A DNA stretch of 64,000 nucleotides, taken from a virus (Duplodnaviria; Caudoviricetes). The position numbers and the translations under genes were made by a program. Where the stretch lies: the IMG/VR virus record IMGVR_UViG_3300028832_000118, positions 25,581 to 89,580 of that record. One strand, given 5' to 3'. Position 1 is the first letter of the stretch, and each line of letters opens with the position of its first letter. Shown in pieces: positions 54,033 through 63,976 of the stretch. A model generated the notes under the pieces. The model worked only from the letters and a program-made list of their open reading frames with translations. It had not been told where the DNA came from and searched no databases.

Positions 54033-55505
54033 TTAATAGGCAATATAACCAAGATAATGTTTAGCTCTCGTATAAGCCACATAAACCAAGTTATATTCCT
54101 GCTCTTTCATCCACTCTACTTGCATACATTGCTTCAAAAAGAACTTATCTGAATTAAGGATGAAAACTCTATCGCTCTCCAAGCCCTTGCTTTTATGAAC
54201 TGTTGAAAGACAAATGCCGTTTTTGCTATCATCCGCAAATATCGTATTTATGCGGTCAATCACTTCATCAGCAGTCTGCAATCCATCTGAAAGTATTTCA
54301 ATAGCGTTTATTTTATCCTCATACATCTTATACATTTCGCTTCTTTTCGTCTCCTCCTCACTGCACTTGGTCTGTTTCATAACCTTCTGCATCTTCTTTT
54401 CCAGCTCTGAAGAGAGCTTATCCATAACGTCATTCATCTGTTTGCGGTTAGTACGTTTAATCATATTGATAAGATTTACGCCAATATCCTTGCCCTTTAC
54501 ATAAGCCTTGACACCCTTACTGATATAATGGATGCAAAGTCCAACAAGAGGGGCTGACACTCTGCAAAGTATCATATCACCATCTTGTATATCTTCTAAC
54601 TTGCAATCCTTTTCAATCACACCTTCGGGAGCGTTATCACGTGCCTCAATCTGAGGGACAATCGTTTTTGCAAGCTCTATTATTTTGCTGTCACAGCGGT
54701 AGCAGACGCTGAGAGGCAACTTAACTGTATTAGGGATATTCTTGAGCAGGTTGAAGCTCTCTACATCCGCTCCTGCAAAACCATAGATGGCCTGACGTGG
54801 GTCGCCTACTGCAATAAATCTTCCATTAGGTTTAATGCACTTCAAAAACATTGTACGCTGAGCAGCATTAAGGTCTTGACACTCATCAATAAACACCCAA
54901 TCATACTGCCACATTTTCAAATTCTTCACGCACGGATAAAAAATCATATCGGTAAAGTCAATTTGAGAGGTTTCGTTGAGCCCCCAATTTATAGCTCTTA
55001 AAGCTATTTCAACCTCATTATCCTCCAAGATGATATTATGCTTGCAGGCTAACTCCGTAAGCCCATCAACATCGGTTGTAAGGTTTACCCTGCCAAGGTC
55101 AATTAAAGCCCTTATATTACTTTTCCAATCGGACATCTGCTCATTTTCCATTTTAATGGTCGGCATCAGCACATTATACTTTATTCCGTCATTAAGATAG
55201 GCGAAATATTTATCTCCATTTATTTGGGAATTAAAGGTTTTTAACACCGCCTTACATCCAAGGCTATGCAGCGTACAAACATTAACATTCTGCATATTGC
55301 CTATTTTGATTTTCAGCTCCTCTACGATACTTTTGTTGAAAGCTAAAAATAATACCTGCTTGTCTTGCGGTATAAGTTTTAACGCATTAACAATTGTGGT
55401 GCTTTTGCCGCTGCCTGCCACTGCGTCAATTACTGCGTTTCCCTTACCCTTTTGAATGTAGGTGTAAACTGCTTTTTGATACTTGCTCGGTTGAAATGTT
55501 GCCAT
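54033..55505 (-). CDS. UvrD/Rep-like SF1 helicase, copy 2 (early promoter)
   Basis: AVAGSGKST, VFIDECQD, VGDPRQAIYGFAGAD, STVHKSKGLE, YVAYTRA. Confidence 0.9.
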   Translation of the reverse strand: MATFQPSKYQKAVYTYIQKGKGNAVIDAVAGSGKSTTIVNALKLIPQDKQVLFLAFNKSIVEELKIKIGNMQNVNVCTLHSLGCKAVLKTFNSQINGDKYFAYLNDGIKYNVLMPTIKMENEQMSDWKSNIRALIDLGRVNLTTDVDGLTELACKHNIILEDNEVEIALRAINWGLNETSQIDFTDMIFYPCVKNLKMWQYDWVFIDECQDLNAAQRTMFLKCIKPNGRFIAVGDPRQAIYGFAGADVESFNLLKNIPNTVKLPLSVCYRCDSKIIELAKTIVPQIEARDNAPEGVIEKDCKLEDIQDGDMILCRVSAPLVGLCIHYISKGVKAYVKGKDIGVNLINMIKRTNRKQMNDVMDKLSSELEKKMQKVMKQTKCSEEETKRSEMYKMYEDKINAIEILSDGLQTADEVIDRINTIFADDSKNGICLSTVHKSKGLESDRVFILNSDKFFLKQCMQVEWMKEQEYNLVYVAYTRAKHYLGYIAY

Positions 55506-55528
55506 AGGTCTTAAATTTTAAGGTTTGT

Positions 55529-55617
55529 ATTTTGTTTCGCATCGCAAAAATACGATAAAAAATAATACAAAATACTTTTTTCTAAAAATTTTTTTATCCC
55601 TACAAAATAAAGGGTTT
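55529..55617 (-). promoter_or_regulatory. Host-type early promoter, 89-bp direct repeat copy 2
   Basis: Identical to 48011-48099. Confidence 0.85.
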
Positions 55618-55683
55618 AGCTATGGAAACAAAAAAAATCCTGCTTATTTTAACAGAATTTTTAGCATAAAAAAAGAAGTTTTT

Positions 55684-56121
55684 TTACAAAATACGCAAAA
55701 TGTCTTTCTTATCGGCTTTGAAAACTATCGGCAATGAATTTTCTCCTCTTTTACTCTTCAAATACACGAAATCCTCAGAAATGCAACCATCTGCCAACTC
55801 GTATATATTGCCTTGGAATGAAAATTTATTTCCCTCTTTATAATACATAATCATATCTTCAACGCTCATCCCTCCCCTTATTACCCCATTTTCAAACACT
55901 TCTGCGCTAATGCTCTTTTTCAATTCAGCATCCGTGAAAATAGATTTAAGGTTGTTACGCTGGGCAATATCATTTATTTTCCCACGTTTATAGTTCATTA
56001 ATCGTTTGTAAAATGTCTTATCCTTGGGAGAAAAATAAATCTTGCTTCTGAACTCCGCTATTAAATATTCCCTCTGCAATACTTCAAAGTAATCCGCTGG
56101 CGATAAATTACGTGTTTTCAT
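55684..56121 (-). CDS. Hypothetical protein coupled to the primase
   Basis: 145 aa. Confidence 0.6.
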   Translation of the reverse strand: MKTRNLSPADYFEVLQREYLIAEFRSKIYFSPKDKTFYKRLMNYKRGKINDIAQRNNLKSIFTDAELKKSISAEVFENGVIRGGMSVEDMIMYYKEGNKFSFQGNIYELADGCISEDFVYLKSKRGENSLPIVFKADKKDILRIL

Positions 56122-57083
56122 CTCTTCAATTTGCCAATAATATTTTCGTTAAACTCGTAAGGTTTGTAAAACTTTTCAAATACCTTCAAAGCCTCATCCT
56201 CCGTACACTCATCAATATCCTTCTTCGTTGTAAAAGTTATACTTGTAAAAAAAGTTTTATCTAACTCCACCCCTATCCTCTTTATATCGCTTATAGCGTC
56301 AAAATCATATAACAACACCAACCGCCCTACCTGCTTTTCAACCAGCTTCGCAACCTGCTCTCCCGAAATCTTTTTGCCAAACGTACAGACGCACTTTATT
56401 TCATCCTGCCACCTCAACTTCAAATACCTATCAACCGCAATTTTATCAAAAATGCCCTCTACCAAGATAACAATTTCAGTCTTACCCTTAATTATCTCAT
56501 CATATCCGTATAAGAGCTTGGAAAAGTTAGTGCCAGGTGAGTTCTTATATCTTGGCACTCCATCAGGCACCTTTGCCCCCCTATACCTGCCAACCCAACC
56601 TCTAATCTCCCCATCGTCATAAACGGGCATAATAACATAATCCTTATATTTTCTCAACAATGCCGTGCCGCCTATCTTGTAATATTTAATCTCCTCTTTG
56701 CTCAACCTCCTATTCAATAGATATTCATCGTCAACAGATACCCTAAAACCAACTGGCAGCTTTAAGACGGGCAATTTATCCACCTTTACCTCTTCAGGGG
56801 CTAAATCAGCTTGTTTTTGCCCACGTATGCTAATTATTTCACTTTTATCCTCAATCGTTCTACCTGCAAGCAGAAAAGTTTTATCTAAAAATTTCAATAA
56901 TTTATAGACATTGCCATTCTCTCCACACTTTTTGCAATCCCAAAGCTGGGTGGACTTGGAAATATAAAAATGCTTTTCCTTACCACAAAATGGACAATCG
57001 CATATATATTGCCCCTTCGTATTCAATTTAGGGTTCAAAAGCACCCCTTTCAAATCCTCATCACTAATCTTCATAATCTTCAA
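56118..57083 (-). CDS. dnaG: DnaG-type DNA primase
   Basis: Zn finger CPFC...HFY...CKKC; YKNSP; TOPRIM LVEGIFD and YDFDA. Confidence 0.9.
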   Translation of the reverse strand: MKIMKISDEDLKGVLLNPKLNTKGQYICDCPFCGKEKHFYISKSTQLWDCKKCGENGNVYKLLKFLDKTFLLAGRTIEDKSEIISIRGQKQADLAPEEVKVDKLPVLKLPVGFRVSVDDEYLLNRRLSKEEIKYYKIGGTALLRKYKDYVIMPVYDDGEIRGWVGRYRGAKVPDGVPRYKNSPGTNFSKLLYGYDEIIKGKTEIVILVEGIFDKIAVDRYLKLRWQDEIKCVCTFGKKISGEQVAKLVEKQVGRLVLLYDFDAISDIKRIGVELDKTFFTSITFTTKKDIDECTEDEALKVFEKFYKPYEFNENIIGKLKR

Positions 57084-58416
57084 TTATTTCAAATGTGCGC
57101 TTTCGGTCGTAAAATCTGCTGTATGCAAAATTATTAGCAATCATAATTGGTGTACCATTCTTATGCTCCCTGAGCTTGTCGGTATGGAGGCGCATTATCT
57201 CATCCTTTGCCTCGTCACGTGTCTGATTTATGGTAACGAAAATATCAAATGGACGGATTTTGCCCTTATCCTCCGAAAGTTGGGCACGGGTAATAACGAA
57301 CTCTGGGTCGTTCTTCAAATCTTCGGGAATATTACAGGACTGCGTGGCGGTATGAACTACGGCATTAAACTCCATCGCTAACATCTTCATACCACGTGCC
57401 AACTTTGCCTGACGGAAACGCTCTTCAGATGGCGTATAGTTATGCCCATCGCCAACCTCCAGCAGCTCTAAATAGTCAATTAGTACAACATCAATCTTGC
57501 CATACTTCTTTTCCATTTCCTTTAACTCCCTACGTACATCAACAAGCGTCTTTGCGTTAAAGGTTTCTTCACTGCTTACAATGATATCACTCTTTCTCAG
57601 CTTTTCAATTATCTTTCTGCTTACATCTAACTTTTTCTCCGTTATATTGCCAAGCTTCATATCTTTATAAAGAGTACCCGTCCAAGCGGCATCGTATCTA
57701 TTCAAACACTGCTCTTTTGTACCCTCAAGCTGAAAATGTGCAACTCTGAACCCCTGCCGTGCGGCTGCTATGCCTAAATGCACTAAACACTGACTTTTAC
57801 CTGCACCGCTATCACCTAACCAAAGCACACATTCACCCGTTTCCACCCCTCCATTCTCACCGCCTAATCGGTAATCAAGCTCATCAATGGCGGTCGGTAT
57901 CTTATATCTCTTATTCCACCCTTCACTCTTTCGCCTCGTCTGCCTTAATTCAAAATCAGAAAAAACAGTTTCAAATTTAGCATCCTGAATAGTAAACTTG
58001 GAAAAGTCATCCGCATATTTAACAAACAAATCCCAAGCGCCATCCCTATTCCCCTTGTTATATAAATCGGTAATCCTATCATTAGCGTCTAAAAATAACA
58101 TCTTCTTTACATAAGCCTCAAATTGTCTAACTACCTCTTCAAAGCCTATATCATCAATATCAACTTCAGACACCTCCAAGTAGAGGTCTAAAACCTTTTC
58201 ATCCTCTATAAAGTTCTGACGTATCTGACCGCTCGTTGGTATCCTGCCCGTTTTATCGTAACGGGTAAAAATCCATTTAAGCAGCTTCTTTTCAGCCTCC
58301 GTCTGCAAATAGTTATATTTTAGATATTTCCTGATAATATCAAAGAATTTAACATCATTCAAAGCGTAAGCGAAAATTTCAATAACGAAATCGCTTGCCA
58401 ATATTTCATTGCTCAT
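57064..58416 (-). CDS. dnaB: DnaB-like (SF4) replicative helicase
   Basis: WLGDSGAGKS, FQLE, VLIDYLEL, HTATQ, KLREHKNG. Confidence 0.88.
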   Translation of the reverse strand: MSNEILASDFVIEIFAYALNDVKFFDIIRKYLKYNYLQTEAEKKLLKWIFTRYDKTGRIPTSGQIRQNFIEDEKVLDLYLEVSEVDIDDIGFEEVVRQFEAYVKKMLFLDANDRITDLYNKGNRDGAWDLFVKYADDFSKFTIQDAKFETVFSDFELRQTRRKSEGWNKRYKIPTAIDELDYRLGGENGGVETGECVLWLGDSGAGKSQCLVHLGIAAARQGFRVAHFQLEGTKEQCLNRYDAAWTGTLYKDMKLGNITEKKLDVSRKIIEKLRKSDIIVSSEETFNAKTLVDVRRELKEMEKKYGKIDVVLIDYLELLEVGDGHNYTPSEERFRQAKLARGMKMLAMEFNAVVHTATQSCNIPEDLKNDPEFVITRAQLSEDKGKIRPFDIFVTINQTRDEAKDEIMRLHTDKLREHKNGTPIMIANNFAYSRFYDRKRTFEIIEDYED

Positions 58417-58990
58417 ATCCTCTAACCTTATAAATTAACGGGTAATTCAACCTCAATGCCTCTTTGCACTCATCCTTAAAGCCGCATCCACAACAGCGAA
58501 CACTTTTGTGAAAATATAAGGTGGTATTAGTTAGGCACCAGGCAAACCCCCTCTTGGTATTGTAAAACTCCCCCTTTATCCTCTCCTCGCTCGGTCTTAT
58601 AGTATTAACGATGTGCCTACGCTCTACGGAATTAGCTGTTTTATAACTAACTATTTTCTTTATGCCGCTTTTGCGCACAATATACATATTAGTGCCAATT
58701 CCATTAGCTCTCCATCTTTCAATTGCCGCCTTACCAAACACCCAACTGAACCTTATGCTCTTTGAATAGTCACGGGCGCAACTATTATTAAACCAAGACT
58801 GAAAACCAAATAAAAGAAAATTCCTTACAAATTCTTCACCAATATTTTTGCCGAACTCATCTACAAAAACATCCCAACAGCTGGTATCGGCATCGTTGCA
58901 TTTGTATTCAAATTTTGGTCTTTTCGTAACCTCCTGCAACGTCTTAACAAACAAATCAACCGCATATCTATAAAGCTGTCTTTTTTTCAT
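58406..58990 (-). CDS. Hypothetical protein in the helicase operon (possible loader/initiator)
   Basis: 194 aa with C-terminal C...CCGC...C; located between the SF2 and DnaB helicases. Confidence 0.45.
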   Translation of the reverse strand: MKKRQLYRYAVDLFVKTLQEVTKRPKFEYKCNDADTSCWDVFVDEFGKNIGEEFVRNFLLFGFQSWFNNSCARDYSKSIRFSWVFGKAAIERWRANGIGTNMYIVRKSGIKKIVSYKTANSVERRHIVNTIRPSEERIKGEFYNTKRGFAWCLTNTTLYFHKSVRCCGCGFKDECKEALRLNYPLIYKVRGYEQ

Positions 58991-60464
58991 CTTTACTGCT
59001 AAACCATTTTAATATCCATTTCTCCAGCGTTCTTTTCCAACCCTTATCACTCAAATCTAACAAGCTCACATTTTTCTCCCCTACTGCATTAACGTATGTA
59101 TTCAACCTCGCTTCGGAATGTTCGGAAAAATACTCATTAAATATATCTACAAAGTCAATCACCAAGCTCTTTTTCTTCCTGTCCATCGTGCCTAACACCC
59201 TGCCCTTACGTTGTATAGTTCCTGCATCCTCCAACCCCTCATCAGCGTTGATAAGCACTTGAACGGCTGGTAGGGTGATACCCTTCTTAAAGATATTAGA
59301 AGCAAGCAGACAACCGCCATTCTTTTCCAAAAATTTCCACCTCACTCTCTCCCTCTCTGCCTCATCCGTTTCGCCACTTATAAACCGCTCGCCACTCATA
59401 TCCGCTATCTGCCGCCCGTGCTCAACGCTCTGAAACAATACAAGCGTTTTCAACCCCATCCCTCCTAATAGGTTCATAAGGTTACAAATAACACCATTCC
59501 TAAACCTATTATTATAAATCAGCTCCCTCCTTCTTTCCGCAAAAGTCAAATCCTCCTCAACGCTCCTATGCTCGCAAACAAGCATATAAACTTTGTATTC
59601 GGTAAGGACACCGCTCTTTATCAACTCATCCTCTTTTATCTCATATATAACATCGCCACTCCACTCCTTCAACTTCAAATTCTGCGCAAAGGTGCCAGTT
59701 CTATATGGAGTAGCTGAAAGACAAAGCAGATAATCTAAATTTTTCGCCTTCTTATATATCTTCAATTTAGAGTCAGAACAGTTATCGTGTATCTCATCCA
59801 CACATAAAAATTTCAACTCTTTAAGATATTTTGCCAAACTCTTTTTCTTTGCCGCATCCTTACATCTTTCAGAAAGTGTAGATTGAATTGTCTGAATCAT
59901 CGCTATCGTAACTCTCTTTGAGCAGTCTATATGACCTGACTTTATCTCCCCTATATCCAAACCTCCATATCTTTCAAAGAAGCGCATGAAATCACCCTTC
60001 GCCTGATTAAACAACGAAATATTATCTACTATAAAAATAAAATTGCCGCTCGGTTCACTTTTCAAAAATATCCTCAAAATCTCGCTGGCTATAAAAGTTT
60101 TGCCGCCCCTCGTTGGCACTTTAATAATACCAAACCTCCGTTTGAAAAAAGCCTCAACCGCCCGTGCCTGATAATCCCTATCGCCAAAAAGTCTATTGTC
60201 AATTTCAATATCAGGCATCTTATAATCATAATCAACTACCTCGTAATCATACCCTTTATCATTGCAGTAATCTAAAACAGTTTTCAACATACCAACCTTA
60301 AAGGTTAGATTATGTTTATTGAATTTAGTAATATACTTAATGTCTGAAAACGGATACGCTGGATTATCAAATGTTAAAGCCTCGCAAACCCTGTTAATAT
60401 TTGCATTTGAATTTTTCCCAAATCCGTATTCATTTTTGCTTATCCGTTCAATTTCAATTTTCAT
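58968..60464 (-). CDS. SF2 DEAD/DEAH-like helicase (UvsW-like)
   Basis: PTRGGKT, VDEIH, LSATP, KGITLP, QRKGRVLG. Confidence 0.88.
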   Translation of the reverse strand: MKIEIERISKNEYGFGKNSNANINRVCEALTFDNPAYPFSDIKYITKFNKHNLTFKVGMLKTVLDYCNDKGYDYEVVDYDYKMPDIEIDNRLFGDRDYQARAVEAFFKRRFGIIKVPTRGGKTFIASEILRIFLKSEPSGNFIFIVDNISLFNQAKGDFMRFFERYGGLDIGEIKSGHIDCSKRVTIAMIQTIQSTLSERCKDAAKKKSLAKYLKELKFLCVDEIHDNCSDSKLKIYKKAKNLDYLLCLSATPYRTGTFAQNLKLKEWSGDVIYEIKEDELIKSGVLTEYKVYMLVCEHRSVEEDLTFAERRRELIYNNRFRNGVICNLMNLLGGMGLKTLVLFQSVEHGRQIADMSGERFISGETDEAERERVRWKFLEKNGGCLLASNIFKKGITLPAVQVLINADEGLEDAGTIQRKGRVLGTMDRKKKSLVIDFVDIFNEYFSEHSEARLNTYVNAVGEKNVSLLDLSDKGWKRTLEKWILKWFSSKDEKKTAL

Positions 60465-60470
60465 CCTAAT

Positions 60471-60573
60471 ATTATTATGGGGGGATATGGAAGTAAAGCT
60501 GTTTACCCCCCCTACCCCCCTATGGTAGAATTATTATGGGTACGATTGTCGTTGGTCGTCAGCGTTTACCCCC
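60471..60573. repeat. Degenerate ~60-bp tandem duplication with G/C tracts in non-coding DNA
   Basis: ATTATTATGGG at 60471 and 60530; GTTTACCCCC at 60501 and 60564. Confidence 0.6.
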
Positions 60574-60607
60574 TATTTATCTTGGACGTTGCCAACTCTT
60601 ACTATCT

Positions 60608-60620
60608 AATAACTCTGTTT
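60608..60620 (-). promoter_or_regulatory. Phage promoter motif copy (AAACAGAGTTATT)
   Basis: Intergenic, upstream of the helicase-primase operon. Confidence 0.5.
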
Positions 60621-60633
60621 AACTTTGAACGCA

Positions 60634-61638
60634 CTAATGATACACCGCTATCGTATTTGTTTTAGTTAATCTTTGCCGTATTGTAGGAACATAATTATTT
60701 AATACAGTGTCAAAATAATTAAAACAAGACAAATTTACTTCAATTATTTCCCCTGCCTGAATTTGATTATCAGCCGCATTATCGTAAATAGACTGCCAAG
60801 ACAAGTTAAAAATTGGTGAATAGCTTATTATTATAGGGTAATTCAAAATAAGTGTATTATTACCAATATTCTTAATAAAGATTTTAGCGTCATTAAACTT
60901 ATTAAAAACAACGGATAATCCGATATTTGTATAAGTATCGCCATCACAATCAATCATAATAACGGGATTATTTATCATACCAAGATTGATAATTTTGGTA
61001 ATAATAGTACCTGAAATTGAATCCGTTACATTAGTTATCATTGTATTTATATCTTCCTCAAATATAGTCAGAGAGGTCTGAAATCTCCAACTCGTTCCTT
61101 CGTAAGTATATATGCCATTTTCGCTGCTATCGTTAGGATTTACAACGCTAACTAATTCACCAACCGAAATAGGCTGATTATCGGTAGAAACGGGTGAATT
61201 TACATCGGCATTCATATTAGCTATTGAATCATATGTCTTTCGTATATTGTAAGAATAGTAGGTATTTTGTCCAGCAGGCACAGTTTCATAACTCCAAAAC
61301 TCCATATTCCATATAAAAATAACTAATAATCCTGAAGCGTTAGGGTTATTTATAGTAATAGCATTACCATACGCATCATAAAAATTACTATAAACACTGG
61401 TGTAATTCGGGGCAACTGCACCTATATAACTCACCCGTGCATCATCAGGTTGAATAGGTATCGTATTTTCATCCGCAAAACCCATTAAGCTGCTCTGTAA
61501 AGCCAGCTCTAATTCCCTTATATAGTCAAGCATATTTAACGCATAATGCTGATGATTATCGGGTTGTATTTGCGTTCCCTCAGGTCTGCCCATAAGGGTG
61601 TTAATTATTTCCTGTCTTAAAGCGTTGTAATCTATCAT
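60634..61638 (-). CDS. Putative tail/fibre structural protein
   Basis: IRKTYDSIANMNAD...VGELV...ENGIY module that I recall from Bacteroidota phage tail proteins. Confidence 0.45.
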   Translation of the reverse strand: MIDYNALRQEIINTLMGRPEGTQIQPDNHQHYALNMLDYIRELELALQSSLMGFADENTIPIQPDDARVSYIGAVAPNYTSVYSNFYDAYGNAITINNPNASGLLVIFIWNMEFWSYETVPAGQNTYYSYNIRKTYDSIANMNADVNSPVSTDNQPISVGELVSVVNPNDSSENGIYTYEGTSWRFQTSLTIFEEDINTMITNVTDSISGTIITKIINLGMINNPVIMIDCDGDTYTNIGLSVVFNKFNDAKIFIKNIGNNTLILNYPIIISYSPIFNLSWQSIYDNAADNQIQAGEIIEVNLSCFNYFDTVLNNYVPTIRQRLTKTNTIAVYH

Positions 61639-61649
61639 ATTGATAATTT

Positions 61650-62480
61650 TTAATAAGTTATTTTCATTTCTACCATTTCAATATCAACCTGCTCCTCTTT
61701 TTTTCTAAACATTTCAAGCAATTGGTCATTTGTTTTATAAGCCGCTTTCTTAACTTTGCGCTGTATCCATAAACCAATTCCACCTCCTTTGCGCAAATTC
61801 CCTAAACTAACTGAATTAGTTTTTACATTTTCAAACATTCCTAAAAACTCGGCTTCAAAATGACCGCTGGCAATATAACTGCAAGCAATAGGCTGAACTA
61901 CATTATCGTTTCGGCTCTCTATTCTAAACACCTTTTCACTAATTCTCTTAACGCAATAATTTTCATCATCTTCAAACGCTCTTTCAAAAGCCTTCCAAGT
62001 GCCTTCAATACCACCCTCTTCAGGCTCTACATAAACGTCAAACGGCTCTAAATAAATCACCTCCCCTACAACAGCAGACTTTTTAATTTCCAATTCAACA
62101 AAAGCTCGGTAAAAAGTAGCATCGTAAAAAGTAGCGTTCAAAGGCTCTTGATAACGGCTGCTAATATGCTCCATAGCAAAATTATCATCCAGCGCAACCG
62201 CTGCAATTCTGAAATCACATTGAGAGTGTTCATTAGTTATTATTTTTAACGATATATCATTAACATCGTCATCGCTATTATTTATCATTCCAACCGCAAT
62301 CGTTTCATTCAATCGTTTCTCTATGGTAAATTGGGAGACAAGGTCAAATAAAGCGTTTATAGCATTATTTGGCACAATAGTGGACGAAACGTAACCGCCA
62401 AGACTTTTAGTTGGGTCAGGCTGCGGATTTTCACTTGTCTTTGCTAATGAAGAATTAGCACCTGTTAGATAAAGTATCAT
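61650..62480 (-). CDS. Putative baseplate/tail protein
   Basis: SLGGYVSS...NALFD...GLWIQR pattern; structural context. Confidence 0.45.
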   Translation of the reverse strand: MILYLTGANSSLAKTSENPQPDPTKSLGGYVSSTIVPNNAINALFDLVSQFTIEKRLNETIAVGMINNSDDDVNDISLKIITNEHSQCDFRIAAVALDDNFAMEHISSRYQEPLNATFYDATFYRAFVELEIKKSAVVGEVIYLEPFDVYVEPEEGGIEGTWKAFERAFEDDENYCVKRISEKVFRIESRNDNVVQPIACSYIASGHFEAEFLGMFENVKTNSVSLGNLRKGGGIGLWIQRKVKKAAYKTNDQLLEMFRKKEEQVDIEMVEMKITY

Positions 62481-62481
62481 A

Positions 62482-63948
62482 TTACGAATAATTTTCTGTT
62501 ATTTGATTGATTATCAAACTCGGATTTATATCAAAAGAATTATTTGAATCAAGATAATTCAATATACCAAGATAATTCAAAAACTGCACACTTGGCATAT
62601 CGTTATAATATTGCTCAGATATATTGCAGCCCATATATTTCCACCGCAATCCTACGTTATAGGTAATATTTGGGTCATCTGAAGATAGCATCGGGATAGC
62701 TATTTTAACATTCTTACTTTTAACGTCAAACAAATAGGTGTTAAACACCTTATTCAATCCGCTCGTTGCAGGAGTGCCGCTGTTGCTTACTTCAAATTCA
62801 ATAGTATCGCAAAACTTTTTATCCAAAATACAAATTTCATCGCCAGCAGTTAGAAAATTAGCATCGCCACCAAAATCAATCTGACCATTGGTGCTTGATT
62901 GAATAACGGCTGTTTTCCCGTTAGTTCTATTGTATAAAATGTAATCCTTAAAATAATCAACACCACTCGGAATGACATTGTTTAACGCATTGCATTCAAT
63001 ATCAGTAATAGTTATTTGATTGGGGTTAATAATGGTATATTGCAAAACCTCGCAATTTAGCTGCAAGTTAAGTTCAAGTTCAAAACTCTTATTAAGAATA
63101 TTACTATTCAGCTTTACAGGTGGATTTACAACCGCTACTGACACTAACGATAAAAAACTATTGCCCGTTATCTGTTCAATCGTCTGCGTGCCTGAATTAA
63201 AGTATTCATCCCGTAAATCGTCAACAACTAATACATTATTAGCATCAAACTCCATACCAGCAATTAGATATTGATTGGGGTTAAGTGCAGGTGGCAACGC
63301 TGATGAAATTAGTGAAATCTTATAATGGTCATATTCGTATATCAATATATCATTCGGGTCAGGAATAAAGCCAGGAGTGAACGCACCTACAACTGAATAT
63401 CTTTCACCGCTAAAAGAACCAGCCCCGTTAATTTTAATGTAAGCAAGGGTATCTGACATAACGTCAACCACTTCAAAGAGCTGACCGCTTGACTCCATCT
63501 TTATCTTGGTCGGGTAATTATTATAACCACGCAACACGCTTTTGAAATCGGTACCAGTTCCTGTAACCTGTCCCGTGGATGTAACGTCTATCGTTCCGCT
63601 TTCAAAATTATGCGTATCGTATTCAACTACCAGCCATTTTCTTACCCCGTCATTTGGTATCTGCATATCGGTATCGTCATATTTCATAATCATATTCAAA
63701 TCCGTATCAAAACCAATTCCCTTCCCTATCGTAACGACATCGCTATAACCAGTTTTCAATTGCACCGCAAATGAATTATTGGCAATAGCATAAAGGGGAT
63801 TATTTTGATTTTGGCAGATAAATATACCATATTTATTTACGATACTTTGGAAAATAGCCTTAAAGCCATCATCCACTAAAAACTTCTTTATTTTTTCAAT
63901 TTCTGCAAGCTCTATGAAAAGATTGCTGCTAAATTTTAATCTCGACAT
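62482..63948 (-). CDS. Putative baseplate/tail structural protein
   Basis: 488 aa; GTIDV...VTGTGTDF beta-rich segment; structural context. Confidence 0.45.
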   Translation of the reverse strand: MSRLKFSSNLFIELAEIEKIKKFLVDDGFKAIFQSIVNKYGIFICQNQNNPLYAIANNSFAVQLKTGYSDVVTIGKGIGFDTDLNMIMKYDDTDMQIPNDGVRKWLVVEYDTHNFESGTIDVTSTGQVTGTGTDFKSVLRGYNNYPTKIKMESSGQLFEVVDVMSDTLAYIKINGAGSFSGERYSVVGAFTPGFIPDPNDILIYEYDHYKISLISSALPPALNPNQYLIAGMEFDANNVLVVDDLRDEYFNSGTQTIEQITGNSFLSLVSVAVVNPPVKLNSNILNKSFELELNLQLNCEVLQYTIINPNQITITDIECNALNNVIPSGVDYFKDYILYNRTNGKTAVIQSSTNGQIDFGGDANFLTAGDEICILDKKFCDTIEFEVSNSGTPATSGLNKVFNTYLFDVKSKNVKIAIPMLSSDDPNITYNVGLRWKYMGCNISEQYYNDMPSVQFLNYLGILNYLDSNNSFDINPSLIINQITENYS

Positions 63949-63976
63949 AATTTATTATTTTTTATTCATATTTACT

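Noticed and set aside
15851-58416. Inteins or introns in terL, dnaE, nrdJ and dnaB
   Set aside because: Protein lengths are typical, the motifs are contiguous, and no C-terminal HN-C/S/T or LAGLIDADG motifs were seen.
12621-60636. Stop-codon reassignment (TAG to Gln), as in some Bacteroidota megaphages
   Set aside because: Long conserved genes are intact in the standard code, and TAG ends genes at 12621, 17608, 20042 and 60634 next to following genes. The one internal TAG (14358) is explained by a frameshift, and read-through would not extend it.
1171-63274. Plus-strand ORFs in the track (e.g. 1171-1500, 38843-39175, 46810-47283, 46929-47369)
   Set aside because: They lie antisense to well-supported minus-strand genes and have Ser/Leu/Phe-rich compositions that mirror the acidic or Lys-rich sense codons; no promoters or recognisable motifs.
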